From assembly GCA_050123235.1 (NCBI GenBank), contig JASFHL010000008.1, positions 1-54,105 of the forward strand: DNA of 54,105 bases, read 5' to 3'. The notes below the pieces were generated by a model. That model was not told where the DNA came from, made no database searches, and saw only the letters and a program-made list of their open reading frames with translations. The first letter of the stretch is position 1; each line of letters opens with the position of its first letter. This stretch comes from Candidatus Woesebacteria bacterium. Its GTDB lineage: Bacteria > Patescibacteriota > Microgenomatia > UBA1400 > PJMF01. A program made the position numbers and the translations under genes. Below are positions 53,901-54,105 of this stretch, piece after piece.

Positions 53901-54105
53901 GGCGCAGTAGTACCAATGCCCACATAACCAGTACTTCCTTCCACAAAAATGGCAGTGTAGCTACTATCGGCATAGATAGTGGTATCAACATCGCCGCCAT
54001 CACCAATTCGTACGTAGTCTTGAGTATTATTTTCATTGAGAGTAAGTAGTACTTCAGAACCGGCAGTCATTTGCATACTATCTTCGCTAAAGGCTAGATA
54101 AGTAT
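47930..54105 (-). CDS. giant (>2057 aa) tail-fibre-like repeat surface protein with an internal S74-type intramolecular chaperone domain; N-terminus outside the window
   Basis: The frame stays open upstream of the track Met. Residues TYLAFSEDS preceding MQMTAGSEV align with the internal repeat TYLNFTDDDIKMATGDEV. Many GN(V/I)GIGTT collar-like motifs are present. SSDIRFKKDI...VGFIAQEMETVIPELV is the S74/endosialidase-chaperone hallmark. Confidence 0.85.
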   Translation of the reverse strand, partial: TYLAFSEDSMQMTAGSEVLLTLNENNTQDYVRIGDGGDVDTTIYADSSYTAIFVEGSTGYVGIGTTAPARPLDINGAMRLETVSTPSSPAAGDIYSDGTNLYYYNGSSWEDLTTAAGGVVSSVSNVDGSLTISPTSGDVIASLNVANANTWTGQQTFDNTNTDFAQYLRHSGDTDTYLNFTDDDIKMATGDEVLFTLHEDDTQDYVQIGDGGDVDTTVYADSNYTAIFVEGSTGYVGIGTTAPARVLDINGAVRLETASTPSSPAAGDIYSDGTNLYYYNGSSWEDLTAGSGSIVNSVTNVDGTLTISPTTGDVVASINLANDNTWTGQQTFDNTNTDFAQYLRHSGDTDTYLNFTDDDLKMATGDEVLFTLHEDDTQDYVQIGDGGDVDTTVYADSNYTAIFVEGSSGNVGIGTTGTSTAKLQVAGAIVPTTTDYDLGTSSLRWDLYANTIDADSTVTLTGLGAGTDDTVLILNSSNQVTTDEIDSKVWDGNLVDGSGTANYITKWSDSDSLTDSVIYDDGTNIGIGTSDPGELLSINGRVQLAQTSSPTPTTDRLYNVSGNLFWNGTQLNGDGGLLPVGSGGETLYHDGASWINTDSLYNDASNVGIGTTDPGSKLQVAGAITPSVTDYDLGTSSLRWDLYANTIDADSTITLTGLGAGTDDTVLILNSSNQVTTDEIDSKVWDGSLVDGSGTQNYITKWSDADSLTTSIMYDDGTNVGIGVSSPLAKLDIAGTITDALRLRGADASAEIADIYVGTSGNLIISTEAGTDSIGAIDLRSEDDEFGLILRESDGTDSVPYANFYVADDTDPYMSINVNSITDGDALVITEGNNIGIGTAAPVYKLQVAGTIAPTVADYDLGTSSLRWEIYADTINADNTVTLTGLGTGTDNTVLILNSSNQVTTDEIDSRVWGSSLVDGSGTANYITKWSDANSLTTSVMFENGTNIGIGTTNAANKLSVISTGNPSTFHIGQSDNEGAFFTSIADSYLDVAAGVEYDSGYSARSTEASMIRQFLGVISFYTDDSLTDGSLYVPSERMRIDVDGNVGIGTTDPQYELDVNGITNVENYLRIGQGSGNTGDYMIRMEDSLGYLTNNITVNDGQGNFNIMLNVDEEGKIIKSSAGVSKILFTGHSADGEISLNAGVEGTAGDNGIFNIGLSLNSADQYMRIGNPNDAIGLDSAAGNIIADVDGNLYTTQYLYHTGDTNTYLNFPANDTIALDTAGSERMRITSNGNVGIGTTDPGRALHVVRSGGGLNAVQLRLETTGSNYWDIGRDQNTGDFKIIENDLGPTMVIEQAEGNVGIGTTGPDTPLHVVRLDADTASLQTVLTIDRRTTGSPQNGIGGAIEFRNERFTDSFYTGGKIGVILRQGAGGSADYHDMVFWTRDDNDYLEKVRIKSDGNVGINDTTPTYKLDVNGTIRGYGITDSSDIRFKKDIVPLGSSLSKILKLEAKKYYWINEKYGTEQQVGFIAQEMETVIPELVSTDDEGYKSIRYGKITAYLVEGIKEQQAQINALAESIATDINFDSSGELIIQQNQAGNYQVTQISDGSLITKIAAFAETVVGKVKAGLVETQELVAERITATKANISELSTKIIRIKNEPGKIATIEYKNSDNETIATLDSEGNAEFTGQTTLGQLITQNASVSGQLTAAEIAAQQIKTQQLETENATVSGQLIADNIQAHSTRLEYLESKMAELESIETQTINIVQDATVSGTLYAENIDGFEDKVAAAFRQPSLLGQLMGETETGSAEEAAAAVEDAGYSPPESSIPDATSIRQSLADLNLDTDDVVITPSAAYIDKYLEINGNAYVANTLGVNQTIALGDGMIFTPGSINYQPQAADAEIILRIQPSGLGQISLLAGLMVLDESGQIVIDGDLTVTGKLASNSLEANKIEAKQTLLSNLIEAANYEEPVQIKIAGVATDSGEVKQTELQIVNEQGIPVASISAEGKADFSGGVGVDSEDLSTNDSTTVIAQKTSGKAKVKAGETQITIYSELVTEDSLIYVTPVGSTNNQVLYVKAQLAENPSTPAAEGKFIVGFDLVTSEDVEFNWWIIN
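49540..49830 (-). other. S74-type intramolecular chaperone/autoproteolysis domain within the giant protein
   Basis: GYGITDSSDIRFKKDIVPL is encoded at about 49790-49846, with the Ser-Ser-Asp codons at 49814-49822. It continues through YGKITAYLVEGIKEQQAQINAL. Confidence 0.75.
51240..52840 (-). repeat. three dispersed copies of a ~100-aa module (KLQVAG...DYDLGTSSLRW...VLILNSSNQVTTDEIDSKVW...NYITKWSD...GTNIGIG)
   Basis: The modules start at residues 413, 608 and 836. The first two (about 52517-52840 and 51932-52255) share long runs of identical nucleotides. Confidence 0.85.
52880..54105 (-). repeat. tandem 525-nt (175-aa) coding repeats, at least 2.4 copies, continuing off the window
   Basis: The motif KMATGDEV recurs at residues 177 and 352, with QMTAGSEV at residue 2. 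Each unit ends with TDFAQYLRHSGDTDTYLNF. Confidence 0.9.

Noticed and set aside
47930-54105. A possible CRISPR array or non-coding satellite suggested by the regular repeats
   Set aside because: The repeats are 525 nt or about 300 nt long and in frame. They lie inside one continuous ORF with conserved protein motifs. There is no short repeat-spacer periodicity, and no cas genes are in the window.
1-54105. Alternative genetic code (UGA recoding), as in some candidate phyla
   Set aside because: Conserved genes (rho, obg, radA) and ORFs of several kb read through with the standard code and end at normal positions. No in-frame TGA is needed.

Overview
This is a 54.1-kb AT-rich bacterial chromosomal segment. 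It uses the standard genetic code and has long uninterrupted ORFs. I found no rRNA, tRNA, CRISPR array, transposase or integrase. The gene content suggests a Patescibacteria/CPR-like or similarly reduced Gram-positive-type organism (inference). The supporting traits are T4SS-pilin-like small membrane proteins, a sortase, many secreted cell-wall hydrolases, a giant repeat-rich surface protein, housekeeping genes with insertions, basic disordered tails, and promoters that abut start codons.

Layout:
- 1-6292 (minus): type IV secretion (T4SS)-like module with a PrgI-like protein, a bitopic protein and a 1154-aa membrane-anchored M23 hydrolase.
- 6386-7065: AbrB/PIN toxin-antitoxin pair.
- 7282-15775: block of orphan proteins of 121, 221, 606, 416 and 1251 aa.
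- 15828-17603: polytopic VirB6-like candidate.
- 17835-18989: degenerate DHH-like protein.
- 19153-22590: 1145-aa secreted glycosidase-like protein with a lysozyme/SLT-like C-terminus.
- 23800-25232: two T4SS-pilin-like genes.
- 25491-32649: envelope genes (SpoIID-like, Phd-like, VanW, solute-binding protein, cytidylyltransferase, lipoprotein).
- 32872-36284: AAA ATPase, radA and a Phd/PIN toxin-antitoxin pair.
- 36396-37305: sharply GC-rich island encoding one lipoprotein-like membrane protein.
- 37440-39674: VirB4/VirD4-class ATPase.
- 39675-40690: 1-kb non-coding region.
- 40699-45558: sortase, rho, LysM-M23 peptidase and obg.
- 45601-47967: Wzy/O-antigen-ligase-like membrane protein with TPR repeats.
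- 47930-54105: more than 2050-aa tail-fibre-like repeat protein that runs off the window.

Most interesting observations:
1. A three-copy family of about 160-180-nt structured elements at 2652-2817, 10356-10534 and 39748-39907. Each has a 25-26 bp closing stem that covaries completely between copies. All three share two boxes, TGAAGCTC and TCGCTTCAA, exactly 38 nt apart. All three sit beside T4SS-like genes.
2. The dispersed T4SS-like system itself, together with its orphan giant proteins.
3. The GC-rich single-gene island.
4. The giant protein, which has an internal rather than C-terminal S74-type autocleaving chaperone domain.
5. A promoter-to-terminator non-coding unit at 40119-40546.
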